Assembly: GCF_001194135.2 (NCBI RefSeq)
Contig: NC_068993.1
Location: forward strand, 65,023,781 to 65,066,837
Source of the DNA: Octopus bimaculoides
Taxonomy: Eukaryota
Length of the DNA: 43,057 nucleotides
Reading direction: 5' to 3'
The translations under genes were made by a program, and so were the position numbers. Position 1 is the first letter of the stretch. Every line of letters starts with the position of its first letter. Positions 24,601 through 35,719 of this stretch are shown piece by piece. Below the pieces are notes generated by a model. The model was not told the DNA's origin, ran no database searches, and saw only the letters and a list, made by a program, of their open reading frames with translations.

Positions 24601-24965
24601 AATACTTTCCTCTTTGGGCAAGTCTTCATCAACTTTATCAAGTTTCACTTGAAAAGAAAGTTGAGGGAAGTGATGTCTCCCAGCAATTTTTTGTTTGGAA
24701 GGTGGCTGAACTGGCCTACACTAAGCATGTACTTATAGATTGAAGGAAGGCCATATGGAGAGAGCACTTGCCTTAGTGGTCAGTAGTTTAGTGGGGTCTC
24801 CATGAGCAGCCCTAGGAAGGCTCCCTCTGTTGGAGAATTTTTCATTATTAGAATTTATATTATTACTGTTTTTACTTTTCCCACACTTCTCTATCTAATC
24901 CCACTTTTTATTGTCCTGTACTGTCCCCACTGATTTTTGTGAACCCTGAGTGGTAAATAAAGAAA
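21650..24965 (+). mobile_element. Decayed L1/Tx1-like LINE (ORF1 zinc knuckle, APE, most of RT deleted, C-terminal zinc motif, 3' UTR)
   Basis: HICGETNHLKVFCP (CCHC knuckle remnant); FRIGNINA; FRLVFVYAPT..DWNAILD; GPGYWKLNAS (L1/Tx1 signature); CLRC..TVLHSLIQC; AATAAA at 24956-24961. Confidence 0.8.
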
Positions 24966-25059
24966 GCATTATTATTATTTTTAATTATCAGTGAGGACTG
25001 GCAGAATCGTTACAGAGTAACAAATACTTTACAGTGATTTTTTCTTTTTTCTTTCCCAG

Positions 25060-25235
25060 ATTGCTGAAAATGTTCAGATATATTGTTTCTCAAAAGTAGG
25101 GACAATAATTATGGCAGAAAACAATTCCAGTTATACTCCAGTAACAGTATATATTAATGGAAATGATAAGTCCAGAAACATTGTGTCAAGCAGAGGGTCG
25201 TTTACTACAGCAGATACTGTACCTCCATTGCATCG
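25060..25235 (+). CDS. CAPN15-like: Calpain-15/SOL-like exon 6 in window (SOH domain)
   Basis: Long pyrimidine tract, cccAG|...CG|gtgagt, 176 bp, phase 0/2. IAENVQIYCFSKVGTIIMAENNS...RNIVSSRGSFTTADTVPPLHR matches CAPN15 NVVSTRGSLRTQDSVPPLHR. Confidence 0.93.
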
Positions 25236-25479
25236 GTGAGTTCATTTTCTTTGCTGTTGTCATTGTTGTTGTCCCTTTTTCTCATTAGCTAGGATAAATT
25301 TAGTGTGTAGGTAGGCATTCACCAAAGCTTGCTTTTTGGGCCCCTCCTCTTCACTATTTTCCTGTAGAGAGGAATTTAAGACTGGCTGTTCCTGGAAGCT
25401 ACTATATGCTGATGTTCTTCCCCTCAGCAAAATCTGTAAAAAAAAATTAGAAAAGAAATTGCAGGTGTGGAAGCAAAAC

Positions 25480-26290
25480 CTATAACCAAAGAGTTTTAAA
25501 TTTAACTTAGGAAAGAGTAAAGTTTCTAGTAAGCAAGAAAACAGACAGGACCCTATCCTGCGCAGGTAAATGGCCCTCTCACCATGTAGGAAAGGTGAAG
25601 TATCTAGTGTAAGCTATGGACACACAAGAGGTACTCTGAAATTGCAGGAAGTTTAATGGAGAAAATATATTTTGTTGGTGGCAGATGATGTACAGGTATT
25701 ATAAAGTCTGAGTTCCTATAGGATATTGGTCCTCTTAAATTCTCTGGTTTTCTTTGAGAGGTAATAGCTAGTTTTTGTTACCTAATTAGCAATGGAGGAG
25801 GATATTCTAAAAGTTTAGTTACTAGAATGGAGAAAGTTCAGAGAGCTATTACCTGTTAGCAACAGAAGGTCTCTCTCTCTCTCTCTCTCCAAATGAAAAG
25901 CAGATTATATGATGCTTGTGTGTGTATAGTGATGCTATTTAGTAGTGCGATATGGACTCTGAATGCAGATGACATGCAAAGACTAGAATGGAATGAAACT
26001 ACTATGCTCTGTTAGATGTGCAGAATTAATGTGCATGTACAACAAATTGCAAATGTATTGAGAAAAGTTTGACGTCAGAAGAATCAGATCTAGCATGCAA
26101 GAGAGAAGACTGCATTGGGTTGGTCCTGTGACACATATGGATGAGGACAGTCTCATTGCATAAACAAGTGCTGATCACTTAAAGTGGCTGGAGCTCATGG
26201 GAGAGGTAGACCCAAGAAGACATGGGTTGAGATATTGAAGGCTGATTTCAAGATGTTGAGCCTTACAGAGGAGATAACAAAGGACCAAGC
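25480..26290 (+). mobile_element. Decayed RTE LINE 3' part with PHD remnant
   Basis: NLGKSKV, GKWP..CRKG, CKLWTHKR(Y)S, FV(G)GR*, KFRELL, RLYDACV, ERRLHW.G, GRGRPKKTW. Confidence 0.8.
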
Positions 26291-27069
26291 TGACTCAGGG
26301 CCATTATGGTAAAAATGATATCCTAAAACCACTCAGATATGTTTGTATGTATGAGGCCATTTGCCCACTCCTCTCTCCCTGACATATCAACCATTCCTCC
26401 CCCAACATCTATGGTACTATGTGGTTGCTGTACTCACTTGCAAGCAATATTGTATGTATTACATCCCATAACCTTCCAAACAGTATTCCCCCACCCCTGA
26501 ACTACCCAAACTATTTCAACCAATGACCTCTTTTCTCTGCCTTTAGCCACTGCTCTTCTCCTCCACCAGCTCTATTATATTCTATTCTAAACACCTCTCT
26601 GTTATCATTACCTCTCATATCCACCATCATAGCCACACCACTGTATATCACTCTCTCTCTCTTTCCCTTTCCACACTTGCTACACCTAATTAGACATCAT
26701 TGTATTACTTTCTATATTTTAGTTTTCCTGAGCCACTCCTTTATCCCTCACTTGACATCTCTCTGCATACTGCTATTTTCCATCATTTACACCCTTTCCT
26801 TCCTTCTTCTTCACCCACTAAGCTCCACCTCCATTTGTTTATTACCTTATCACACTCTTTCTCATCCCATCCTTGTTCCTTGAGAGTTTGCTTTAGGATC
26901 CCTTCACTACCTTTGTTTCTTTTTTTTCTCCCCCTCACATGTATACCTCCACTATAGCAAGACACCTGTGCTTATCCCTCTAGCATACTTTAGCCTTTCA
27001 ACATCTGGCATACTGCCACTCATCTTCACCTTCTCTCCATTCTCAATTCTTTTCTGCCTTACTAGTACC

Positions 27070-27245
27070 ATTGATGCCAAAAAAGCACCCAGTACACTCT
27101 GTAAAGAGGTTAGCATTAAGAGGAGCATCCAGCCATATAGACCATACCAAAAATGACGGAGCTCAGTATGGCCTTTGCAGCTCACCAGTTTGTTGTTAAA
27201 GCATCCAACCCATGTCAGCATGGAAAGCAAACATTAAATGATGAA
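27070..27245 (+). mobile_element. RTE-tail short repeat
   Basis: aaaaaagcacccagtacactctgtaaag..gagcatccagcc..catccaacccatgtcagcatggaaagcaaacattaaatgatga. Confidence 0.75.
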
Positions 27246-28486
27246 AATAAGCACCACACTGAAATAATTACTGAGGTCAGTGGAATCCACTAATGATTTC
27301 AAGGTGTTACTCCAGCATGGACACAGCCTTATGATTGAAACACTGACACACATCAGAGTGTAGTGGGTTTTAAAATTTCTCTTTTTACACGAGCTCTAGC
27401 AAGGTTGGCATGCAGCTGGCAGGACTAAACTTCCTATTGACTGAGTGGAGCTACAGTAGAGGGTGAGGTGGCTGTGTACTAAATGAGGCATTAAAGTATG
27501 AGGGAAGGGACCAAAACAGGACAGGAGTTATATGGCTACTTATTGGTGCAATGGTGGTAAAATAGCTATTCAAAGAGAGGGTGGGTGTGACCATAGTGGA
27601 ATTGGGACGAAATAAGAATATCAATGGTGTGGTGTCAGAATGGATCCTCAAGGTAGAAGTGAGTCAAGACAGAAAAACATGTGGGTGATGGGGATAGAAA
27701 ATGGGCTATGGATGAGTAGAGGTTGCATGAGTGTGTTGGAGATGGAGAATGGGGGAAGGGCTGAATGTAATGAAGAATAAGTGTTGATGGATGTTAAAGA
27801 GGAAAAATAGGAAAGCGTAGGTGACATCTGTAGAAAATAGGGGTAGGTTTGAGGGTTGGGTAGTGGTTGAGGGTGACTAAGGATATGATTTGGGGGAAGT
27901 GGGGGAGATGATTGACAAAGCAGAAAAGAATGGAGTTCAAGAGTTCAAAAATACTGATGTTACTGATCACCTAGATGAGTTGGAAGGGCTGCATCTTTCT
28001 TGCATTTAATTTTTGATTTAGTTCTCCTGGTTGGATGTTCTTTCTAACACCAAACATTTTACAGTGTCCTGGATGCTCTTCCTATTGGACCAACACTAGG
28101 GAAGTTATGTGAAGGACATGACTAAAGGGGTGTAATTGCCACTTGTCTCTGCTCACTTGCTGGCCCCTTTACAGTGTAGTAAGCAAGAATGAATGGTGAG
28201 TGATATGAGCTGAGTGATGAGGGTTACTTAGAATTCTGAAATATATATTTAGGACACTGTAAGGCTAAGAGTATAGGTTGATGAAAATGGAGCGAGGGTA
28301 CTCAGGATGTGTGGAAGAGAAAGTGTTTGCAGATTATATCATCACCATCATTGTCGATAGTATTGTTTTAACATCCATGTTTTATGCTTGCATGGGTCAG
28401 ATTAAAAAACTTTGGACCAGAGTTTTTTTATGGCTGGGTGTTGTTACATTGCTTCCTTCTAGGCAATGTAATAATCCCACAGTCTA

Positions 28487-28821
28487 TCATCATCATCATC
28501 ATCATCGTTTAACGTCCGCTTTCCATGCTAGCATGGGTTGGACGATTTGACTGAGGACTGGTGAAACCGGATGGCAACACCAGGCTCCAGTCTGATTTGG
28601 CAGAGTTTCTACAGCTGGATGCCCTTCCTAACGCCAACCACTCAGAGAGTGTAGTGGGTGCTTTTACGTGTCACCCGCACGAAAACGGCCACGCTCGAAA
28701 TGGTGTCTTTTATGTGCCACCCGCACAAGCCAGTCCAGGGGCACTGGCAACGATCTCGCTCGAAAATCCTACAGGAGCCAGTCAGGCGGTACTGGCAACG
28801 GCCACGCTCAAAATGGTGCAT
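28487..28821 (-). mobile_element. RTE 3' UTR/tail copy, well preserved, continuing into a gap
   Basis: (CAT)n-cgtttaacgtccgctttccatgctagcatggg...ggatgcccttcctaacgccaa; about 92% identical by eye to the reverse complement of 14290-14434. Confidence 0.9.
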
Positions 28822-29664
28822 NNNNNNNNNNNNNNNNNNNNNNNNNNNNNNNNNNNNNNNNNNNNNNNNNNNNNNNNNNNNNNNNNNNNNNNNNNNNNNN
28901 NNNNNNNNNNNNNNNNNNNNNNNNNNNNNNNNNNNNNNNNNNNNNNNNNNNNNNNNNNNNNNNNNNNNNNNNNNNNNNNNNNNNNNNNNNNNNNNNNNNN
29001 NNNNNNNNNNNNNNNNNNNNNNNNNNNNNNNNNNNNNNNNNNNNNNNNNNNNNNNNNNNNNNNNNNNNNNNNNNNNNNNNNNNNNNNNNNNNNNNNNNNN
29101 NNNNNNNNNNNNNNNNNNNNNNNNNNNNNNNNNNNNNNNNNNNNNNNNNNNNNNNNNNNNNNNNNNNNNNNNNNNNNNNNNNNNNNNNNNNNNNNNNNNN
29201 NNNNNNNNNNNNNNNNNNNNNNNNNNNNNNNNNNNNNNNNNNNNNNNNNNNNNNNNNNNNNNNNNNNNNNNNNNNNNNNNNNNNNNNNNNNNNNNNNNNN
29301 NNNNNNNNNNNNNNNNNNNNNNNNNNNNNNNNNNNNNNNNNNNNNNNNNNNNNNNNNNNNNNNNNNNNNNNNNNNNNNNNNNNNNNNNNNNNNNNNNNNN
29401 NNNNNNNNNNNNNNNNNNNNNNNNNNNNNNNNNNNNNNNNNNNNNNNNNNNNNNNNNNNNNNNNNNNNNNNNNNNNNNNNNNNNNNNNNNNNNNNNNNNN
29501 NNNNNNNNNNNNNNNNNNNNNNNNNNNNNNNNNNNNNNNNNNNNNNNNNNNNNNNNNNNNNNNNNNNNNNNNNNNNNNNNNNNNNNNNNNNNNNNNNNNN
29601 NNNNNNNNNNNNNNNNNNNNNNNNNNNNNNNNNNNNNNNNNNNNNNNNNNNNNNNNNNNNNNNN

Positions 29665-31567
29665 ATGCGTGAGACTACGCATGCGCATGGCGTTACTACA
29701 GGGCTCCCTCGCCAGTGCGAGAAACGCACGATAAATGAAATCTGTTAGAACACCTGAGGCAGGATGGCCACTGAAAAACCACCCACAAGATGTAGCACAA
29801 AACACACACAAAGAAAAATGAAAGAAATGAAATGTACACTCGTGTGATACATGCATGCAATGTACAAATGAAAGAAAAACATGCAATATGGGCAGTAAGT
29901 GCCACCTAGTAAAAAAAAACAAATGAGACAATGAGAAAACAAATCGTGATGACAACTGTCCAGGAAACTGGAATCACGGAATGTGAAAGTCTGAGTGTTT
30001 GTTTTTACTGGAAGGAAAGAAAATGTATGAGTGCACAAGTGTGTGAGAAAAAAACACAGAACAAGTGAAAGTGTCTGTAGTATAGACTGTGAAAAGTCCC
30101 AAAACACCGAGATAGAGAAAACCAGTTCGTATTAAAATTCCACAAGGACAGTACATTGATGAAGACGTCTGCGCAGGAACTGCTATAGCTGTGTTCTGTA
30201 TGTGTGGTGGTAATGATGTTGACAGTGGTAATGATCTGTTGAAACTTGGTGACGTCGGGGGGAATGCTTGTAGTTGGTAGTAGTAATTGTTGTCGTCACG
30301 GTGGTAATCTTGGTTGAGCGAAGCTGGTGGTGAAAAAGCTGTTCGTTCATGAGTGTTTGAAGAGGTACACTTTTACAGACGATCGACAGACAAATCTCTG
30401 TACGACCATTAGCGAAAACCTTGAAAAAAAATTTTCTTAACCCAAGATGAAAAAAACGACCGTGCGAACTCAAAAAGGAGAAATGGTGACGAATGGAAAA
30501 ACAGAGGACTCCTTTAATTTAAACGTGTCACACGGTCGAACACCAAAATATATATCAAAGATGATATACAAGTAATTACGTTATACTACGAACATTAGTG
30601 AATTCGTAAATACCAGTAATGAGACGATAGAAAAAACAACCGTATGAAATGAATAACAAGAGTTATTGTGTGGCATAAAAGATGTATGTGAGAGTGTGAA
30701 TGCGACACATATAAGANNNNNNNNNNNNNNNNNNNNNNNNNNNNNNNNNNNNNNNNNNNNNNNNNNNNNNNNNNNNNNNNNNNNNNNNNNNNNNNNNNNN
30801 NNNNNNNNNNNNNNNNNNNNNNNNNNNNNNNNNNNNNNNNNNNNNNNNNNNNNNNNNNNNNNNNNNNNNNNNNNNNNNNNNNNNNNNNNNNNNNNNNNNN
30901 NNNNNNNNNNNNNNNNNNNNNNNNNNNNNNNNNNNNNNNNNNNNNNNNNNNNNNNNNNNNNNNNNNNNNNNNNNNNNNNNNNNNNNNNNNNNNNNNNNNN
31001 NNNNNNNNNNNNNNNNNNNNNNNNNNNNNNNNNNNNNNNNNNNNNNNNNNNNNNNNNNNNNNNNNNNNNNNNNNNNNNNNNNNNNNNNNNNNNNNNNNNN
31101 NNNNNNNNNNNNNNNNNNNNNNNNNNNNNNNNNNNNNNNNNNNNNNNNNNNNNNNNNNNNNNNNNNNNNNNNNNNNNNNNNNNNNNNNNNNCGGGGGTCA
31201 CCAGTATAGGAAAGTTGGTTATACATCATTAGATGTATACCTGACCTTCCTATATAAAATTAAAGAATATATAACGGAACGCTGAACTCCAGACTATCAA
31301 CTTAAACAACACTTTATTTAGGTGGTAAACATATACATCTTTAGTTCTTGCTGTTACAGCTTCTGTTGTGTGTGAGCATAGTTGTTGGGACGTGGGTATG
31401 TAGTTGCAAGCGAGCTGTCGAGTGTAAGTCCGAAAGATGTAGAGAGACAGCTTATCACGTCCATGCTCATGGTCGGCCAACCGTAAAAGAGATAGAATTA
31501 AGCGGGAACGCTTGGCTGTTTAATTCCACGCATGCGTGAGACTACGCATGCGCATGGCGTTACTACA
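29665..31567 (-). mobile_element. Internally deleted Gypsy LTR retrotransposon, copy 1 (5' LTR 31205-31567; 3' LTR mostly in gap, ending at 29700)
   Basis: The LTR starts TGTAGTAAC. PBS TGGTGACCCCCG lies at 31203-31192 and a PPT-like GGCGAGGGAGCCC abuts the 3' LTR. Integrase C-terminal remnant FFKVFANGRTE.LSVDRL near 30365-30430. Confidence 0.8.
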
Positions 31568-31726
31568 AGCCTTTTGCTTAAAAATATTACATAACACCCA
31601 AGATTTATCAAGAATCCCAGTCCTGCCTTTGTGGTGGACTTCAAACAAAACTCAATCATTTGTATGAACAGTAAGGCCTTTGTCTACACTCAGCAAGCAC
31701 ATATGAAGATAAGAGGAAATACAAAC

Positions 31727-31829
<103 letters not shown>

Positions 31830-32501
31830 AAAAATTGACAAGCTTCTTTCAGTTTCTGTCTTCAAATTGCACTCACATGGTATTGCTTGACCCCTATGGT
31901 TGTATTAAAGGATACAAGCCAATAGTGTACATGCTGCAAGGCCCTAACCACATGGCTTTGAAGTGAACTTCTTAACCATACTGTGTTGCCATAAAAAATT
32001 TGGACAATCTTTTTAATGATATCTAGAATGACTATTATCTAATGTTTTTTATACATTTTAAATATAGTAGAAATTAACTGCTATTTTCATCATGCTGAGT
32101 GACTGTTGAGTGTACTAATTACTATATTTGTTTCTACTGTCCCACTTTTTGTGCACGTGGTCATTCAAAGAGTTATTTTATGTTTGTCTCTTCTCTCTTT
32201 TGCCATTCTCTCTCTCTTTCGCTCACAGAGAGAGAGAATTTAATCTTAGAGGCAAAAAGACTCTGCATATACCTTTTCTGTTTTTTGGAAAAAGTGTCAG
32301 ACAAAGCATTTTTAATTTATGTGTGAGTGAGAGACTGTGCATTGTGAGGTGAACAACACTAAGACAGTTGATAGCCCTCACTTGCAATGGCCTCTTCGCA
32401 TTCTTGAGATTGAAATATTATTATTGCTTAAGATAACCCTGAGACTAGGGTCATGTTGTAATATTTACCAGCCTCTATATATAATTATATTTCTTTTTCA
32501 G

Positions 32502-32646
32502 ACAAGTTATAATGATTTTCACACAGAGAGAAAATGCCTACTACCGTATAAGTTACAATACAAAAGCTGATTTTAAGGCTAACTGTGTTAATTATCCTCC
32601 ATTGGGCCTACAAGTTAAAGCTCTGCACTCACCACGCCCTATATAA
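32502..32646 (+). CDS. CAPN15-like: Calpain-15/SOL-like terminal coding exon
   Basis: ttctttttcAG acceptor, phase 2. QVIMIFTQRENAYYRISY...NYPPLGLQVKALHSPRPI then TAA at 32644-32646; matches the CAPN15 C-terminus QVLVILSQLE...PPLTPEVAGLHGPRPL*. Confidence 0.92.
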
Positions 32647-32734
32647 AAATGAAAAATAACGGCAGCAACAAGACTTCAACTGTTGGTGAGTTAGCTGAAA
32701 GTTAAAATATATTCAGATATTCATTAGTTCAACT

Positions 32735-33442
32735 GGCACTATCATGCTATTAGCTGTCAGAAGTGAAAGTGCTCACTGCTAGTGAAGTATCTGCCTGTCT
32801 GCCTGCATGCCTGTTGCTGGCCTGTCGATTCTTTGGCTACTGACAGCTAATACCATGACTGGGTGGAGCGAGCTATATGTCTGTCTGTCTGTCTCTCTCT
32901 CTCTCTATCTATCTATCTATTACTCGAAAGTTATTGGAACAAATTTGACACCTATATCCATGCGTTTGAAAACACAACACAGAGTATAAGGGTACTACTA
33001 AAGCAGAGTGGTCCCGAACGCGCAGTCGCGCGTCCACCTTATTAGAAAACACAAATTTAATATAAAAACATATTTCCTGAAATTGCAAATTATTTAAAAT
33101 ATAAAAATATAATTTTCAACNNNNNNNNNNNNNNNNNNNNNNNNNNNNNNNNNNNNNNNNNNNNNNNNNNNNNNNNNNNNNNNNNNNNNNNNNNNNNNNN
33201 NNNNNNNNNNNNNNNNNNNNNNNNNNNNNNNNNNNNNNNNNNNNNNNNNNNNNNNNNNNNNNNNNNNNNNNNNNNNNNNNNNNNNNNNNNNNNNNNNNNN
33301 NNNNNNNNNNNNNNNNNNNNNNNNNNNNNNNNNNNNNNNNNNNNNNNNNNGTAGTACCCTTATACTCTGTGTTGTGTTTTCAAACGCATGGATATAGGTG
33401 TCAAATTTGTTCCAATAACTTTCGAGTGATAGATAGATAGAT

Positions 33443-33475
<33 letters not shown>

Positions 33476-33626
33476 TATAGCTCGCTCCGGCCAGTCATGG
33501 TATTAGCTGTCAGTAGCCAAAGAATCGACAGGCCAGCAACAGGCATACAGGCAGACAGGCAGACAGACAGATACTTCACTAGCAGTGAGCACTTTCACTT
33601 CTGACAGCTAATAGCATGACAGTGCC
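32735..33626. mobile_element. Foldback/MITE-like DNA transposon with TIRs of at least 264 bp in the calpain 3' UTR
   Basis: 32735-32998 is an imperfect reverse complement of 33351-33626. Termini are GGCACT...AGTGCC, with flanking GTTCAACT (32727-32734) and GTTCAACC (33627-33634) as a 7/8 TSD. Confidence 0.8.
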
Positions 33627-33635
33627 GTTCAACCT

Positions 33636-33641
33636 AATAAA
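33636..33641 (+). promoter_or_regulatory. Candidate polyadenylation signal of the calpain gene
   Basis: First visible canonical AATAAA after the stop codon. It would lie about 90 nt after the stop if the foldback insertion were removed. The gap at 33121-33350 could hide another signal. Confidence 0.4.
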
Positions 33642-35719
33642 ATCGTATTTAAATTATCATTTTATTAAAAACATCAAAATTTAAATATAAAATCTAATAA
33701 TCTTGATAGATGCTAACAATAAAGAAGTGGATGCATCTTGCATTTGTGAGGTACCGGATTTGATTCTACTGTTTGGCATCTTGGGAAAATATATTTTACG
33801 ATATCCTTGGACCAACCCAAGCATTGTGTGAAAATTTGGGTTGTTTAGAGTTAATTCCTCCCTGATTAAGCAGACATCTCATTAGGGCATTCTGGCAACG
33901 ACTGTCTCCTTTTTTAATTCAGATAAATTTTGTATCTGTGACTACCTCATCCATTGTGTCCTTCTCTCTCTCTTTTGAAGATAGAGCATCTATCGTCAAT
34001 GAATGACACAGTAACTTCCTTGTTGACGTCAAAGCACATCAGAGTGTGCTTTACTCAGTGAACCAGCTTTGTCTGAGTGATGATTATCTTACAGGTCTAG
34101 TTAAGTAATCACATAGAAGTAAGGTATTTAGGATGTTATGGTTTGCTAAACTATATAGCAGGGTTATTTCTGTCTGACTTCATGAAGACAAAAATTTGTC
34201 AACAAAATAAGTTGTATATCAGAGAATGATCAAAATAATTATCTTGTATTAACTATTTGTCTAGTTAAATACGTCTTCAAATCACATCCTACCGTATTAA
34301 AGGAAGAGTCACTGCCCAATGTAGTTGTATGTATAAATCAACATTTTACATCTACTTTCCATGTTTGCTAATATTAAAAAGGTTTTCTTCAACCCAGTAG
34401 CCCACCATTTATTGTTCCTTTGTCAGCACCCTGACGTTAGCTTTCTTCACTTCTATCATGTCTTGAAGTTTCCTGTTCCAGCCACTTGGATCTCCTGATA
34501 CCTCTTTTATATGACTATTAGTATCCATGCATATTACATAACTATATCACTTCAGTATCTTGCAGACCACACCTGATTTCTTTTGTGTCCAGTATTTCTT
34601 TTAAGCTCATATATACCTTGTCGCTCATTCATCCTAATATTCCACATATAACAGAGCATGCTTATTTCATTTTTGACTTGTTTTTTCAAATCCCCTGCAT
34701 TCGTTAACTCAAATCTCACTACCATGTAATTTCACACTTTGTATATAAGCATTGTTTAATCTACATTTACTCAGAGAGAGAATGAATGCCCTTGATGTCA
34801 GCAAACGCAATAGCGCCTTGAACTTATTTCACCCTATTCTTATTCTGACTATTATCCTTTTGAAGCACTTCTCTTCATCACTGATTAGGTTGCTTTGGTA
34901 ATGGAAGTTATAACCAATTTTTGTGGGGCCTTCTAAGCATTAAAAGGAGTTCATTTTACTGGTGCTCTGACGTCCAACTACATGTGTTATATGTAAAACC
35001 TTTTTGCTGTTATCTTGCTTGTGATCCTTGTACACCTCTTGTGCACAGCAATATAGAATTGAATACTCTGTAAGGAATTCTTCTCATTCCTCTTTTGTAT
35101 GCCAAGCATTGCCACTTGCTTTTTTGCTATTTACTAAAACTTTAGTCTTTAAGTTTACTCAGGCGCCTTGCAATTTTAGGTTTTGTTTCTATGTCTGAAA
35201 TTTCTTCTAAATCTTTCACAGAATCCACGGTCAATACTAGGTCATCAGCATGGGCAACCAGTCTATGTCTAAGAAGTAAGAGGAGCTGAGATCAAGGCAT
35301 ACCTCCACACTAAATTTATCACACTCGTTACCAACATTCACTTAGCTAACATCTCTGTTCATGAATTGCAGTGCTCACACAGCTTGTTTTCTTTGAGACT
35401 AGCAGACTACAGCTTCTGGTACCCTGTCAAAGATCTTCTCCAGATAAACGAAATGCTAGGTAGAGATGTTTACTCTTAGCTAAAAACTTCTTCTCCTGCA
35501 GTTGTTTCATTAGGAAGAAAGCATTAATAGTAATCCAGCCTGGCACAAATACAAACTGTTTTACTTCTAAACTGTTTCTCTTCCTAATCAATTGTTTGTT
35601 ACTTCTAAACTGCTTCTCTTCCTAATTAATTGTTTGTTACTTCTAAACTGCTTCTCTTCCTAATCAATTGTTTGTTACTTCTAAACTGTTTCTCTTCCTA
35701 ACCAATTGTTTGTTACTTC

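Noticed and set aside
26340-27960. CT-rich and GA-rich blocks with short ORFs
   Set aside because: Low-complexity sequence. I could not establish a real inverted-repeat relationship or a family by eye.
28561-31232. Long ORFs of 188-437 aa in the ORF track (also near 3869-5506, 17410-17750 and 33094-33579)
   Set aside because: They are open only because they run through N gaps.
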